Assembly (NCBI GenBank): GCA_963775315.1
Contig: CAVZIN010000010.1
Coordinates: forward strand, 101,268-165,267
Origin: an uncultured Alphaproteobacteria bacterium
GTDB lineage: Bacteria; Pseudomonadota; Alphaproteobacteria; MPNO01; DASWLB01
Direction: 5' to 3'
Length of the DNA stretch: 64,000 bases
Under the pieces are notes generated by a model. That model ran no database searches. It saw only the letters and a program-made list of their open reading frames with translations, and had not been told where the DNA came from. A program made the position numbers and the translations under genes. This document shows positions 1-10,232 of this stretch, one piece after another (within the stretch, counting starts at the first letter, position 1; every line of letters starts with the position of its first letter).

Positions 1-133
1 GACCATGCGCATCGCGACCGCGGCGGCCGAGATCGACCCGCTCGATCCCTCGACCTGGGGCAAGGTCGGGCGCAACTCTCCCTGCCCCTGCGGCTCGGGC
101 AAGAAGTACAAGCAGTGCCACGGCCGGCTGTAG
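1..133 (+). CDS. secA: Protein translocase subunit SecA, C-terminal fragment (partial)
   Basis: Frame 2 reads ...[32 protein letters not shown], the SEC-C zinc motif with the alphaproteobacterial DPSTWGKV prefix. Confidence 0.9.
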   Translation, partial: TMRIATAAAEIDPLDPSTWGKVGRNSPCPCGSGKKYKQCHGRL

Positions 134-153
134 CCGGTCCGTCCTCTCCGCAC

Positions 154-186
154 CTGTAGGGGCGGGGCCTCGACCCGCCCCTACAG
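154..186. repeat. Perfect 13-bp inverted repeat, GTAG-type REP-like palindrome or terminator
   Basis: CTGTAGGGGCGGG-N7-CCCGCCCCTACAG directly after the secA stop. Confidence 0.6.
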
Positions 187-261
187 CGCCCTTTCCGGCC
201 CGCCCTTTCCCCCCTTCGCCACCGCGGATAAGATCGGCCGGGGACCAGTGGGACCGCGGCG

Positions 262-1302
262 ATGAAATTCGGCATCTTCGATCACCTCGACCGACGCGAC
301 GGCGCGCTCGCCGGGTTCTACGAGGACCGGCTGAAGCTGATCGAGGCGGCCGACCGCGCCGGGATCGCCGGCTACCACCTGGCCGAGCACCATTGGAACC
401 CGGTCGGCATGGCGCCCCTGCCCGGCGTGTTTCTCGGTGCCGCCGCGATGCGCACGCGGAACATCCGGCTCGGCCCGCTCGCCTACGCCCTCGCCTTCCA
501 CAACCCGCTGATCCTCGCCGAGGAGGTCGCGATGCTCGACCAGATGTCGGGCGGGCGGTTCGATTTCGGCGTCGGACGGGGCATTTCGCCGTGGGAGCTC
601 GCCATGTTCGGCGTCGCGCTGCCCGAGACGCGCGACATGTTCCGCGAGGCGATGGATTTGATGCTCGCCTACTTCACCTCGGACGTGCTGACCTTCCGGG
701 GCAAGTACTGGAGCTATTACGAGGTGCCGGTCGAGCTGAAGCCGGTGCAGCAGCCATTCCCGCCGATCTGGTACGGCTCGTCCTCGGGCAAGACGCGCGA
801 CTACCTGGCGAGCCTGGGCGGGGCGATGGTCGGCGGCTGGGCGCCGAGCGCACGGATCAGGCAGGCGGGCGACGCCTATCGCGAGGCGTGGGACAAGGCG
901 ACGGAGTCGCCCTGGCGCGCCGGCCGGCCGGCCGACCCGACCGTCGGCGCGGTCCGGATGACGGTCGTCGCCGAGACCGCGGCCGAGGCCGAGAAGCTGG
1001 CCGGCCCCGCCTATGACCGCTGGCACGCGAGCCTGGAGAAGCAGGCGAACGATTTCGGCTTCCGCACGCTGTTCCTGCCGCCCGACGCCGCGGCGGCGCG
1101 GAAGCTCGGCGTCCTGATCTGCGGCACGCCTGCGACGGTGAAGGAGGAGATCGCGCGCCACGTCGCCGAGTCGGGCGTCAACTACGTCTGCCTGCAGCTC
1201 GCCTTCGGCAACCTTGCCCACGCCGACGAGATGCGCACGCTGGAGCTGTTCGCGGGCGAGGTCCTGCCGGACTACGCAGCGTCGCCGGCGGCGGCGCGCT
1301 GA
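262..1302 (+). CDS. LLM-class flavin-dependent oxidoreductase (luciferase-like)
   Basis: MKFGIFD start, AEHH motif, LAEEVAMLDQMSGGRFDFGVGRG, PVQQPFPPIW. Confidence 0.9.
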   Translation: MKFGIFDHLDRRDGALAGFYEDRLKLIEAADRAGIAGYHLAEHHWNPVGMAPLPGVFLGAAAMRTRNIRLGPLAYALAFHNPLILAEEVAMLDQMSGGRFDFGVGRGISPWELAMFGVALPETRDMFREAMDLMLAYFTSDVLTFRGKYWSYYEVPVELKPVQQPFPPIWYGSSSGKTRDYLASLGGAMVGGWAPSARIRQAGDAYREAWDKATESPWRAGRPADPTVGAVRMTVVAETAAEAEKLAGPAYDRWHASLEKQANDFGFRTLFLPPDAAAARKLGVLICGTPATVKEEIARHVAESGVNYVCLQLAFGNLAHADEMRTLELFAGEVLPDYAASPAAAR

Positions 1303-1315
1303 GCCGGGAGGTCCT

Positions 1316-3397
1316 GTGCCCCGCGATGTCGCCTATTCCGCCTGTCCGCACGACTGCGCCTCGACCTGCGCGCTGGAGATCGAGCGCATCGACGGGGTGC
1401 GGATCGGCGCCGTCCGCGGCGCCGAGGCCAACCCCTACACGGCGGGGGTCGTCTGCGCCAAGGTCGCGCGCTATGCCGAGCGGACGCACCATCCCGACCG
1501 CCTGACCGTGCCGCTCCGCCGCGTCGGGCCGAAGGGCTCGGGGTCGTTCGAGCCGGTTTCATGGGATGCGGCGCTCGACGCGGTCGCCGGCGCTTTCAAG
1601 GCGGCCGCCGGGCGCCACGGCACCGAGGCGATCTGGCCCTACAACTACGCCGGCACGATGGGGCTGGTGCAGCGCGACGGGCTGCAGCGGCTGCGCCACG
1701 TGATGCGCACCTCGCGCCAGCACTCGACCATCTGCGCGACCCTGTCGGCGGCCGGCTGGCGCGCCGGCACCGGCATCCAGCGCGGCATCGACCCGCGCGA
1801 GGTGCCGGAGTCCGACCTAGTCGTGCTGTGGGGCTGCAACCCGGCGACGACGCAGGTCAATCTGATGCACCACGTCGCCCGCGCCCGGAAGGAGCGCGGC
1901 GCCAAGCTCGCGGTCATCGACCCGTACCGCACCCGCACCGCCGCGATCGCCGACATCCATCTCGACCCGCGTCCCGGCACCGACGGCGCGCTCGCCTGCG
2001 CCATTATGCATGTGATCCTGCGCGACGGGCTCGCCGACCGCGACTACCTGGCCGCCTACACCGATTTCTCGCCCGAAATGGAGGCGCATTTCGCCACCCG
2101 CACGCCGGAATGGGCGGCGGCGATCACCGGGCTCGCGCCGGCGCGCATCGAGGCGTTCGCCGCGCTCTACGGCGCGACCAAGCGGAGCTGGCTCAAGATC
2201 GGCTACGGGTTTTCGCGCTCGCGCAACGGCTCGGCCAACGTGCACGCGGCGAGCTGCCTGCCCGCCGTCACCGGGGCATGGCGCCACCGTGGCGGCGGGG
2301 CGGCCGCCTCGCTGTCGGCAAGCTTCGTCATCGACACCACGCTGATCGAGGGGCTCGACGCGCTCGACCCGGCGACGCGCCTCCTCGACATGTCGCGCAT
2401 CGGCGCCATCCTGAACGGCGCGGAGGCCGACCTCGCGGGCGGCCCGCCGGTCACCGCGATGCTGATCCAGAACACCAACCCCTGCGCGGTGGCGCCCGAT
2501 TCCGGCCTCGTGCGGCGCGGATTCGCCCGCGAAGACCTGTTCGTCTGCGTCCACGAGCAGTTCATGACCGACACGGCGCGGATGGCCGACATCGTCCTGC
2601 CGGCGACCACCTTCGTCGAGCATGACGACATCTATACCGCCTACGGCCACACCTTCCTGCAGATGGGCCCGCGCGTCATCCCGCCGGTCGGCGAGGCGCG
2701 CCCCAACCACGACGTCATCTCGGCGCTGGCGGCACGGCTCGGCCTCTCGCACGAGGGGTTCCGCCTCTCCGCCTGGGAGGTCATCGACCGCACGCTCCGC
2801 GCCTCCAGCCTCGGAACGGCGGACGAGCTTCGCGAGAAGCGCTGGATCGACTGCGCGCCGTCGTTCGAGAGCGCGCACTTTCTGAACGGGTTCGCGACGC
2901 CCGACCGGCGCTTCCACTTCGCGCCCGACTGGTCGCGTGTCGGGCGCGACCACGCCGTCATGCCGCGCCTGCCCGACCACATGCCGGCGATCGACGCGGC
3001 CTCGGATCGGCACCCCTTCCGCATGGTGACAGGCCCGTCGCGCAGCTTCCTCAACTCCACCTTCACCGAGACGCCAAGCTCACGAAAGCAGGCCGGCCGG
3101 CCGGCCGTCCGCATCGCGCGGGCCGATTGCGACCGGCTGGGCGTCGCCGCCGGCGACCGCGTGCGGCTCGGCAACGACCGGGGAAGCCTGGTGATTCACG
3201 CCGAGCCGTTCGACGGGCTGCCGCAAGGCGTGATCGTCGTGGAAAGCGTGTGGCCGAACGACGCCTTCGAGGAGGGGATCGGCATCAACCTCTTGACCAG
3301 CGCCGACCCGGGCCCGCCGCTGGGCGGGGCGATATTCCACGATACGGCGGTGTGGGTGAGGCCCGAGCCGCCTCATCCTTCGACACGCCCGGGATAA
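1316..3397 (+). CDS. Molybdopterin-dependent oxidoreductase with N-terminal 4Fe-4S site
   Basis: GTG start after GGAG; ACPHDCASTC...C Fe-S motif; TDTARMADIVLPATT; C-terminal molybdopterin-binding domain. Confidence 0.88.
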   Translation: MPRDVAYSACPHDCASTCALEIERIDGVRIGAVRGAEANPYTAGVVCAKVARYAERTHHPDRLTVPLRRVGPKGSGSFEPVSWDAALDAVAGAFKAAAGRHGTEAIWPYNYAGTMGLVQRDGLQRLRHVMRTSRQHSTICATLSAAGWRAGTGIQRGIDPREVPESDLVVLWGCNPATTQVNLMHHVARARKERGAKLAVIDPYRTRTAAIADIHLDPRPGTDGALACAIMHVILRDGLADRDYLAAYTDFSPEMEAHFATRTPEWAAAITGLAPARIEAFAALYGATKRSWLKIGYGFSRSRNGSANVHAASCLPAVTGAWRHRGGGAAASLSASFVIDTTLIEGLDALDPATRLLDMSRIGAILNGAEADLAGGPPVTAMLIQNTNPCAVAPDSGLVRRGFAREDLFVCVHEQFMTDTARMADIVLPATTFVEHDDIYTAYGHTFLQMGPRVIPPVGEARPNHDVISALAARLGLSHEGFRLSAWEVIDRTLRASSLGTADELREKRWIDCAPSFESAHFLNGFATPDRRFHFAPDWSRVGRDHAVMPRLPDHMPAIDAASDRHPFRMVTGPSRSFLNSTFTETPSSRKQAGRPAVRIARADCDRLGVAAGDRVRLGNDRGSLVIHAEPFDGLPQGVIVVESVWPNDAFEEGIGINLLTSADPGPPLGGAIFHDTAVWVRPEPPHPSTRPG

Positions 3398-3456
3398 GGT
3401 TCCAAACGCAATTCCTCGTGCCGAGCCAGTTGAAGCACGAGCGACGGGAGGACGCC

Positions 3457-4620
3457 ATGAAGCTCTCGACCGACCGGATTCTCACCACCCATGTCGGCTC
3501 GCTGCCGCGGCCGGACGATCTGATGGCGCTGCTGAAGGCGCAGGATTTCGGCGAGCCGCTGGACGAGGCGGCGCTGGAGCGGCGAACCGCAGAGGCGGTG
3601 CGCGACGTGGTGCGCCGCCAGGTCGAGGCCGGCATCGACGTGGTCAGCGACGGCGAGTTCGGCAAGCACTCCTACACCCACTATGTGAAGCATCGCCTCG
3701 CGGGCATCGAGAACGTGGCGCGCGAGAGCCTGGGCGCACCGATGGTCTCGCTGGACGAGCGCGAGTTCCCGGACTGGGGCGAGGAACGGCGCCGGCGCAA
3801 TTATGGCCCGGCGGTGATGGCGCCCGCCTGCTGCACCGGGGACGTCGCCTATGCGCGCCGCGACCCGGTCGACCGCGACATCGCCCGGTTCAAGGCGGCG
3901 GTCGCCGCGGCGAAGCCGGTCGACGCCTTCATGAACGCCGCCTCGCCGGGCGTCCTGATCAACTTCATCCCGGATCGCCACTACAAGCGCGAGGAGGCCT
4001 ATCTGGCCGCGCTGGCGGACGCCATGGCGCCGGAGTACGAGGCGATCCACAAGGCCGGCTTCGTTCTGCAGATCGACGCGCCGGACTTGGCGATGACACG
4101 GAATCTCCTCCATTCCGACAAGACCGAGGGCGAGTTCCTGAAGATCGCCGCACGCAACATGGAGGCGCTGAACCACGCGACGCGCAACATTCCGGGCGAG
4201 GCGATGCGGCTGCATCTCTGCTGGGGCAATTATGCGGGGCCGCACAAGAACGACGTCGAGCTCGGCAAGATCCTGCCCATCGTCGCCGCAACCCGCGCCC
4301 AGGCGATCTCGTTCGAAGGGGCGAACCCGCGCCACGAGCACGAGTGGGAGGATTGGCGCGCCGCAAATCTGCCATCCGACAAGGTGCTGATCCCCGGCGT
4401 GATCGACAGCGCCTGCAACTTCGTGGAACACCCGCGCCTCGTGGCGCAGCGCATCGCCAACTACGCGGGCGTCGTCGGGCGCGAGCGGGTGATCGCCGGG
4501 GCCGATTGCGGCTTCGGCACGTTCGGCAAGTCGACCTCTGTCTACGAAACGGTGGTATGGGCGAAGTTCGCCGCCTTGGTCGAGGGGGCGCGCCTCGCCT
4601 CATCCGCGCTCTGGAAATAG
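3457..4620 (+). CDS. Cobalamin-independent methionine synthase II family protein
   Basis: TTHVGSLPRP, SDGEF, HLCWGN, PGVID and AGADCGF motifs; GGGAGG RBS. Confidence 0.9.
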   Translation: MKLSTDRILTTHVGSLPRPDDLMALLKAQDFGEPLDEAALERRTAEAVRDVVRRQVEAGIDVVSDGEFGKHSYTHYVKHRLAGIENVARESLGAPMVSLDEREFPDWGEERRRRNYGPAVMAPACCTGDVAYARRDPVDRDIARFKAAVAAAKPVDAFMNAASPGVLINFIPDRHYKREEAYLAALADAMAPEYEAIHKAGFVLQIDAPDLAMTRNLLHSDKTEGEFLKIAARNMEALNHATRNIPGEAMRLHLCWGNYAGPHKNDVELGKILPIVAATRAQAISFEGANPRHEHEWEDWRAANLPSDKVLIPGVIDSACNFVEHPRLVAQRIANYAGVVGRERVIAGADCGFGTFGKSTSVYETVVWAKFAALVEGARLASSALWK

Positions 4621-4733
4621 CGCGCCGCCACACGCGTTTCCCTTGAGCCGCTGCCGGGCTTGTGGGAGCATCGTTGCCGGGCCCGGCCGCGATCCTATCT
4701 TTCCTTGGGGAAGGATCGGGGCGGAGAGGCGCA

Positions 4734-5441
4734 ATGACGAGCGATAGCGACAAGCTGCCCGCCAAATCGTCCTCGGCGGAGGTTGCCGATTTCCTCGACC
4801 GGTTGTCGCGCCAGCCGACGGTGCGCCCGGCCGGTGGCCGCGGGCGGCTGATCTTCGCCATGGACGCGACCGCCAGCCGCGAACCCACCTGGGACCGCGC
4901 CTGCCACATCCAGGGTCAGATGTTCACCGAGACCGAGGCGCTGGGCGGGCTCGAAATCCAGCTTGTGTTCTATCGCGGGTTCGGCCAGTGCCGTGCGAGC
5001 CCGTGGCTCGATTCCTCGGCCGAGCTGGTCCGGCGCATGCTGGCCGTCCGCTGCCTCGGCGGCCAGACCCAGATCGCGCGTGTCCTGAAGCACGCGCTGG
5101 CCGAAACGCGGCGGCGCAAGGTCAACGCACTGGTGTTCGTCGGCGATTGCATGGAGGAAGGCGTCGACGAGCTTTCCCGCCATGCGGGCGAACTCGGCGT
5201 GCTGGGCGTGCCCTGCTTCATGTTCCAGGAAGGCGACGATCCGGTCGCCGCCCGGGCCTTCCGCCAGATCGCCAAGCTGTCGGGCGGCGCCTACTGCCCG
5301 TTCGATTCCGCCTCCGCCTCGCACCTCCGCGACCTCCTGAGCGCCGTCGCGGTCTATGCCGCGGGCGGGCGCGCCGCGCTCGCCGATTTCGGCAAGCGGA
5401 CAGGCGGGCCGGCGGGGCTCTTGACCAGCCAGCTCAAATAG
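4734..5441 (+). CDS. VWA domain-containing protein
   Basis: LIFAMDATASR (MIDAS-like), GGQTQI, ALVFVGDCMEE. Confidence 0.8.
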   Translation: MTSDSDKLPAKSSSAEVADFLDRLSRQPTVRPAGGRGRLIFAMDATASREPTWDRACHIQGQMFTETEALGGLEIQLVFYRGFGQCRASPWLDSSAELVRRMLAVRCLGGQTQIARVLKHALAETRRRKVNALVFVGDCMEEGVDELSRHAGELGVLGVPCFMFQEGDDPVAARAFRQIAKLSGGAYCPFDSASASHLRDLLSAVAVYAAGGRAALADFGKRTGGPAGLLTSQLK

Positions 5442-5454
5442 GCGGCGGCCGGAC

Positions 5455-6180
5455 ATGCCCTATCTGATCCTCGCCATCGCGGTCCTGGTCGGGCTCGGCC
5501 TGGTCGCGCACGGCCTTTCGGGCATCGACCTGCGGGCGCTCGCCCGCACCCTCAAATGGTCGGGGATGGCGATGACCGGCGGTCTCGTCGGGTATCTTCT
5601 GGCCACTCGCCAGTTCGAGTGGGCGATCTCGGCCGCCGCGGTCGCGCTGCCACTGATCCTGCGCTGGGGCAAATGGTCGCGGCCGAGCCCCGGCGGTCGA
5701 ACCCGCACCGCCGGCGGCGGGCGGCGCCGCAGCTCGAACGTCGAGACCGCCTTCCTGCGGATGAGCCTCGACCACGCGAGCGGCACGCTGGATGGGATGG
5801 TGATCGCCGGCAGCTTCGCGGGGCGCAAGCTGTCGGAGCTGGACGAGGCCGAACTGATGGCACTGCTCCGCGAGTGCCGCGTCGGCGACGACCAGTCGGC
5901 GAGCGTGCTGGAAGCCTATCTCGACCGCACGCGCGGCCCGGATTGGCGCAGCGCCTCGGCCGGCGAGGCGGGCGGCGGGGGCGGAGGCGCGGCGCGCGCC
6001 TCCTCCGCCATGAGCCGCGAGGAGGCCTACCAGGTGCTCGGACTCGAGCCCGGCGCGTCGCCCGAGGCGGTGAAGGCGGCGCACCACCGGCTGATGCGCC
6101 ACTGCCATCCCGACATGGGCGGGTCGGATTATCTCGCGGCACGTCTCAATGAGGCGAAGGACGTTCTGCTCCGCGGCTGA
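5455..6180 (+). CDS. Membrane-anchored J-domain protein (Pam18/Tim14-like C-terminal J domain)
   Basis: N-terminal hydrophobic segments; C-terminal MSREEAYQVLGL...HHRLMRHCHPDMGGSDYLAARLNEAKDVL with HPD. Confidence 0.85.
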   Translation: MPYLILAIAVLVGLGLVAHGLSGIDLRALARTLKWSGMAMTGGLVGYLLATRQFEWAISAAAVALPLILRWGKWSRPSPGGRTRTAGGGRRRSSNVETAFLRMSLDHASGTLDGMVIAGSFAGRKLSELDEAELMALLRECRVGDDQSASVLEAYLDRTRGPDWRSASAGEAGGGGGGAARASSAMSREEAYQVLGLEPGASPEAVKAAHHRLMRHCHPDMGGSDYLAARLNEAKDVLLRG

Positions 6181-6279
6181 CGTGGGGCCCGGCCCGCGTT
6201 AACGCGCCCCTAACCAAGACGTGATGCCGCCGTGAGCTTGAATTCCCATCCAGGCTCCCCACCCTCTAGGCACGCCTCT

Positions 6280-6305
6280 GGAACGCTCCGTTTCCAGCCG
6301 GCGTT
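6280..6305 (+). promoter_or_regulatory. EcfG/SigT-type general-stress promoter upstream of degP
   Basis: GGAAC-N17-CGTT. Confidence 0.6.
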
Positions 6306-6375
6306 TCACTTCGACTCACCATTTTCATTGCGGGCCCTCGCCCGCACCGAAACAAGCTTTGAGAGGTGTCGCATC

Positions 6376-7785
6376 ATGATGGGCTTTACCCGACAGACGG
6401 GCCGGCTCCTCGGGGCCGCGTTGATCGCGGCCTCGACGCTGACTTTCACACTGCCCGCCGGCGCGGCCGAGGTGCCGCAGGCGCCGGTCGCCAGCGGGCG
6501 GATCGGCACGCCGACCCTCGCGCCGCTGATCGAGAAGGTCGCGCCAGCCGTCGTCAACATCGCAGTCGTATCGAAGGTTCCCGCACAGGAGAACCCGCTC
6601 TTCCAGGATCCGTTCTTCCGCCACTTCTTCAACGCGCCGGAGCAGATGCCGGAGCGGAAGCAGATGGCGGCCGGCTCGGGCGTGATCGTCAACGCCGAGA
6701 AGGGCTACATCATCACCAACAACCACGTGGTGAAGGGCGCGACGGACATCACCGTCACGCTGAAGGACCAGCGCTCGTTCAAGGCGAAGCTGGTGGGGAC
6801 CGATCCCGGCACCGACGTCGCGCTGCTGCAGATCAAGGCGGACCATCTTTCCCAGCTTCCCATGGGCGATTCCGACAAGCTGAAGGTCGGCGACTACGTC
6901 ATCGCCATCGGCAACCCGTTCGGGCTCGGCCAGACGGTAACGTCGGGCATCATCTCGGCCCTGGGGCGCACCGGCCTCAATATCGAGGGCTACGAGGACT
7001 TCATTCAGACCGACGCCTCGATCAACCCGGGCAATTCGGGCGGCGCGCTGATCACCTATGACGGCAAGCTGGTCGGCATGAACACCGCGATCATCGGCCC
7101 GGCCGGCGGCAACGTCGGCATCGGCTTCGCGGTGCCGGTCAACATGGTCAAGGCCGTGATGGACCAGCTCATCAAGTACGGCGCGGTCAAGCGGGGCCGT
7201 ATCGGCGTCGCCATCCAGGACGTCACGCCTGACGTCGCCAAGGCCATGTCGCTCGATGTGACCCACGGCGCCGTCGTCCAGGCCGTCCAGCCCAGCTCGC
7301 CGGCATCGAAGGCGGGACTGAAGCCGGGCGACGTGATCGTCAGCGTCAACGGCACGCCGGTCCAGAGCGCCTCCGACCTGCGTAACCGGGTCGGGCTGAT
7401 GCGGGTCGGCACCCATGTGGCCCTGGGGGTCATCCGCAACGAGCAGCAGATGACCATCAATACCGAGGTGGGCGAGGCGACCGAGCAGACCGCTGCCGCC
7501 AAGGTCGAGGGCCAGGGCGCGGCCCAGCACCTGGAGGGGGCGACCTTCAAGGACGTTCCCTCCTCCTCGGGCCCTAGCAATGGCCAGGGCGTGATGGTGG
7601 CCGATGTCGAACAGGGCAGCCCGGCGGGGCAGTACGGGCTGCGCAAGGGCGACATCATCACCGAGGTGAACCGGCAGCCCATCCACAACTTCCGCGATTT
7701 CAAGAAGATCGTGGATTCCGGCGGGCCGGTGCTGGCGCTGAACGTGCATCGCGGCGATTCGACGCTGTTCATCGTCGTCCGCTAG
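6376..7785 (+). CDS. degP: Do/DegP family periplasmic serine endoprotease with two PDZ domains
   Basis: Signal peptide; ITNNHVV, TDVALL and INPGNSGGAL catalytic triad motifs; two PDZ domains. Confidence 0.92.
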   Translation: MMGFTRQTGRLLGAALIAASTLTFTLPAGAAEVPQAPVASGRIGTPTLAPLIEKVAPAVVNIAVVSKVPAQENPLFQDPFFRHFFNAPEQMPERKQMAAGSGVIVNAEKGYIITNNHVVKGATDITVTLKDQRSFKAKLVGTDPGTDVALLQIKADHLSQLPMGDSDKLKVGDYVIAIGNPFGLGQTVTSGIISALGRTGLNIEGYEDFIQTDASINPGNSGGALITYDGKLVGMNTAIIGPAGGNVGIGFAVPVNMVKAVMDQLIKYGAVKRGRIGVAIQDVTPDVAKAMSLDVTHGAVVQAVQPSSPASKAGLKPGDVIVSVNGTPVQSASDLRNRVGLMRVGTHVALGVIRNEQQMTINTEVGEATEQTAAAKVEGQGAAQHLEGATFKDVPSSSGPSNGQGVMVADVEQGSPAGQYGLRKGDIITEVNRQPIHNFRDFKKIVDSGGPVLALNVHRGDSTLFIVVR

Positions 7786-7813
7786 AACCGGCGCGCCCCC
7801 AGCGCGTTGGACG

Positions 7814-7852
7814 AAGGCGCCCGTCCTGCCCCACGGCGGGGCGGGCGCTTTT
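7814..7852 (+). terminator. Intrinsic terminator after degP
   Basis: GCGCCCGTCCTGCC-ccac-GGCGGGGCGGGCGC stem followed by TTTT. Confidence 0.6.
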
Positions 7853-7980
7853 CGCCTCCGGAGGGCGCATGTTGCGCCCAAAGGGGGCGCTGTGGCACAA
7901 ACAGCCGCACTGATCCGCCGGCCGCGCCCCGCGTCCACCGGTCCGGAGGCGCGGCGGGATCGGGAAAGGCAGGCGAGCGC

Positions 7981-8853
7981 ATGGCGGCAGCGATCCGGAA
8001 GGCGGTCTTTCCCGTGGGCGGGCTCGGTACCCGCTTCCTGCCGGCCACAAAGGCGCTTCCCAAGGAGATGCTCCCGGTCGTCGACAAGCCGCTGATCCAG
8101 TACGCGGTGGAAGAGGCGCGGGCCGCGGGTATCACCCAGTTCATCTTCGTCACCGGCCGCAACAAGAGCGCGATCGAGGACCATTTCGACTTCTCCTACG
8201 AGCTCGAGAGCAAGCTGGAGGAGCGCCGGAAGACCAGCGAGCTCGACTCCGTCCGCAGCTTCCTCGCCCAGCCCGGCCAGATCGCCTACACCCGTCAGCT
8301 CGAGCCGCTGGGCCTCGGCCACGCCGTCTGGTGCGCCCGCAACCTTGTGGGGCGCGAGCCGTTCGCCGTGCTGCTGGCCGACGATCTGGTGCTGGCTGAC
8401 ACGCCTTGCCTCCGCCAGCTCGTCGACGTGCACGAAAAGCATGGCGGCAACGTGGTCGCGGTCATGGACGTGCCGCGCGCCCACACCAACCGCTACGGCA
8501 TCCTGAAGACGGGCGCCGACGACGGCCGGCTCGCCGAGGTCAAGGGTCTGGTCGAGAAGCCGGCCCCGGACAAGGCCCCGTCGACCCTTTCCATCATCGG
8601 CCGCTACGTGCTGCAGCCGGAGGTGTTCGACCACCTGGAAAGGGGCGAGAAAGGCGCCGGTGGCGAGATCCAACTTACCGACGCCATGGCCCGTATGATC
8701 GGCGAGGTCCCGTTCCACGGGCTGCGCTTCGAGGGGCGCCGTTTCGACTGCGGCGATAAGGCGGGCTTCCTCGAGGCCAACATCGCCTTCGCGCTGGCCC
8801 GGTCGGACATGCGGGACGACGTGAGCCGCATCCTGCGCCAGTTCACCGTCTGA
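7981..8853 (+). CDS. galU: UTP--glucose-1-phosphate uridylyltransferase
   Basis: KAVFPVGGLGTRFLPATKALPKEMLPVVDKP, VEKP, GEIQLTDA. Confidence 0.96.
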   Translation: MAAAIRKAVFPVGGLGTRFLPATKALPKEMLPVVDKPLIQYAVEEARAAGITQFIFVTGRNKSAIEDHFDFSYELESKLEERRKTSELDSVRSFLAQPGQIAYTRQLEPLGLGHAVWCARNLVGREPFAVLLADDLVLADTPCLRQLVDVHEKHGGNVVAVMDVPRAHTNRYGILKTGADDGRLAEVKGLVEKPAPDKAPSTLSIIGRYVLQPEVFDHLERGEKGAGGEIQLTDAMARMIGEVPFHGLRFEGRRFDCGDKAGFLEANIAFALARSDMRDDVSRILRQFTV

Positions 8854-8884
8854 CACCGCGCGACATCGAGAAGAAGGGACCCAG

Positions 8885-10231
8885 ATGCGCATCGCAATGA
8901 TCGGAACCGGCTATGTCGGGCTGGTGTCCGGCGCCTGCTTTTCGGAGTTCGGCGTCGAAGTCACCTGCGTCGACAAGGACGCCGCCAAGATCGACCGCCT
9001 GCTGAAGGGCGAGATGCCGATTTACGAGCCCGGCCTCGACGCGCTGGTCGAGGCGAACGTGAAGGCGGGCCGCCTCTCCTTTTCCACTGATCTCAAGTCC
9101 GCCGTCGCCGGCGCCGACGCCGTGTTCGTCGCGGTCGGAACGCCGTCGCGCCGCGGCGACGGCTACGCCGACCTCTCCTACGTCTATGCCGCCGCCGAGG
9201 AGGTGGCCGCGGCGCTCACCGGCTATACGGTGGTGGTGGTGAAGTCGACGGTGCCGGTCGGCACCTGCCGAGAGGTGCACCGGATCATCGCCGAGGCACG
9301 GCCGGGCGCGGATTTCGACGTCGCCTCCAATCCCGAATTCTTGCGCGAAGGCTCCGCGATCAACGATTTCATGCGTCCGGACCGGGTAGTGATCGGCGCC
9401 GAGAGCGAGCGTTCGGCCGAACTGATGCGCGCGCTCTACCGGCCGCTGTTCCTGCTCGAAACGCCGATCATCTTCACGACGCTGGAGACGGCGGAGCTCA
9501 CCAAATACGCGGCCAACACCTTCCTCGCCACCAAGATCACCTTCATCAACGAGATCGCCGACCTCTGCGAACGGGTGGGCGCCGACGTCCAGGACGTGGC
9601 GCGCGGCATCGGGCTCGACGGGCGGATCGGCCGCAAGTTCCTGCACGCCGGGCCGGGCTATGGCGGGTCGTGCTTCCCGAAGGACACGCTGGCGCTGGTG
9701 CGGACCGCGCGCGACCGCGGGGCGCCGCTTCGCATCGTCGAGACGGTGGTCGAGGTCAACGACGCCCGCAAACGCCAGATGGCGGAGCGCATCGTCGATG
9801 CATGCGGCGGCTCGGCGGCGGGCAAGACGATCGCCGTCCTCGGCCTCACCTTCAAGCCCAACACCGACGACATGCGGGATTCGCCGGCGCTCGACATCGT
9901 GCCGGCGCTGCAGAAGGCGGGCGCCAAGGTGCGCGCCTTCGACCCGCAAGGCATGCACGAGGCGCAGAAGCTGCTCTCGGAACTTTACTGGGCGCAGGAC
10001 GTCTACGACGCGATGACGGGCGCCGACGCACTCGCCATCGTGACCGAGTGGAACGAGTTCCGCGCGCTCGATCTGGAGCGCGCGAAGACCCTGATGAAGG
10101 CGCCGGTCATGGTCGATCTGCGAAATATCTATACGCCCGCCGAGCTGGCCGCGGCCGGCTTCCGCTATTTGTCGATCGGCCGGCGGCCGGCCGAGCCGTC
10201 GGGCGCCGCCCACGCGAAGTCGGCGGTCTGA
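8885..10231 (+). CDS. ugd: UDP-glucose 6-dehydrogenase
   Basis: [35 protein letters not shown]. Confidence 0.95.
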   Translation: MRIAMIGTGYVGLVSGACFSEFGVEVTCVDKDAAKIDRLLKGEMPIYEPGLDALVEANVKAGRLSFSTDLKSAVAGADAVFVAVGTPSRRGDGYADLSYVYAAAEEVAAALTGYTVVVVKSTVPVGTCREVHRIIAEARPGADFDVASNPEFLREGSAINDFMRPDRVVIGAESERSAELMRALYRPLFLLETPIIFTTLETAELTKYAANTFLATKITFINEIADLCERVGADVQDVARGIGLDGRIGRKFLHAGPGYGGSCFPKDTLALVRTARDRGAPLRIVETVVEVNDARKRQMAERIVDACGGSAAGKTIAVLGLTFKPNTDDMRDSPALDIVPALQKAGAKVRAFDPQGMHEAQKLLSELYWAQDVYDAMTGADALAIVTEWNEFRALDLERAKTLMKAPVMVDLRNIYTPAELAAAGFRYLSIGRRPAEPSGAAHAKSAV

Positions 10232-10232
10232 C

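Noticed and set aside
3398-3456. Hairpin CTCGTGC...GCACGAG before the methionine-synthase-like gene, a possible SAM or cobalamin riboswitch
   Set aside because: The intergenic space is under 60 nt and has no SAM-II or B12-box consensus.
6199-6214. CtrA-like site TTAA-N7-CTAAC upstream of degP
   Set aside because: One mismatch and a single occurrence; too weak to call without conservation data.
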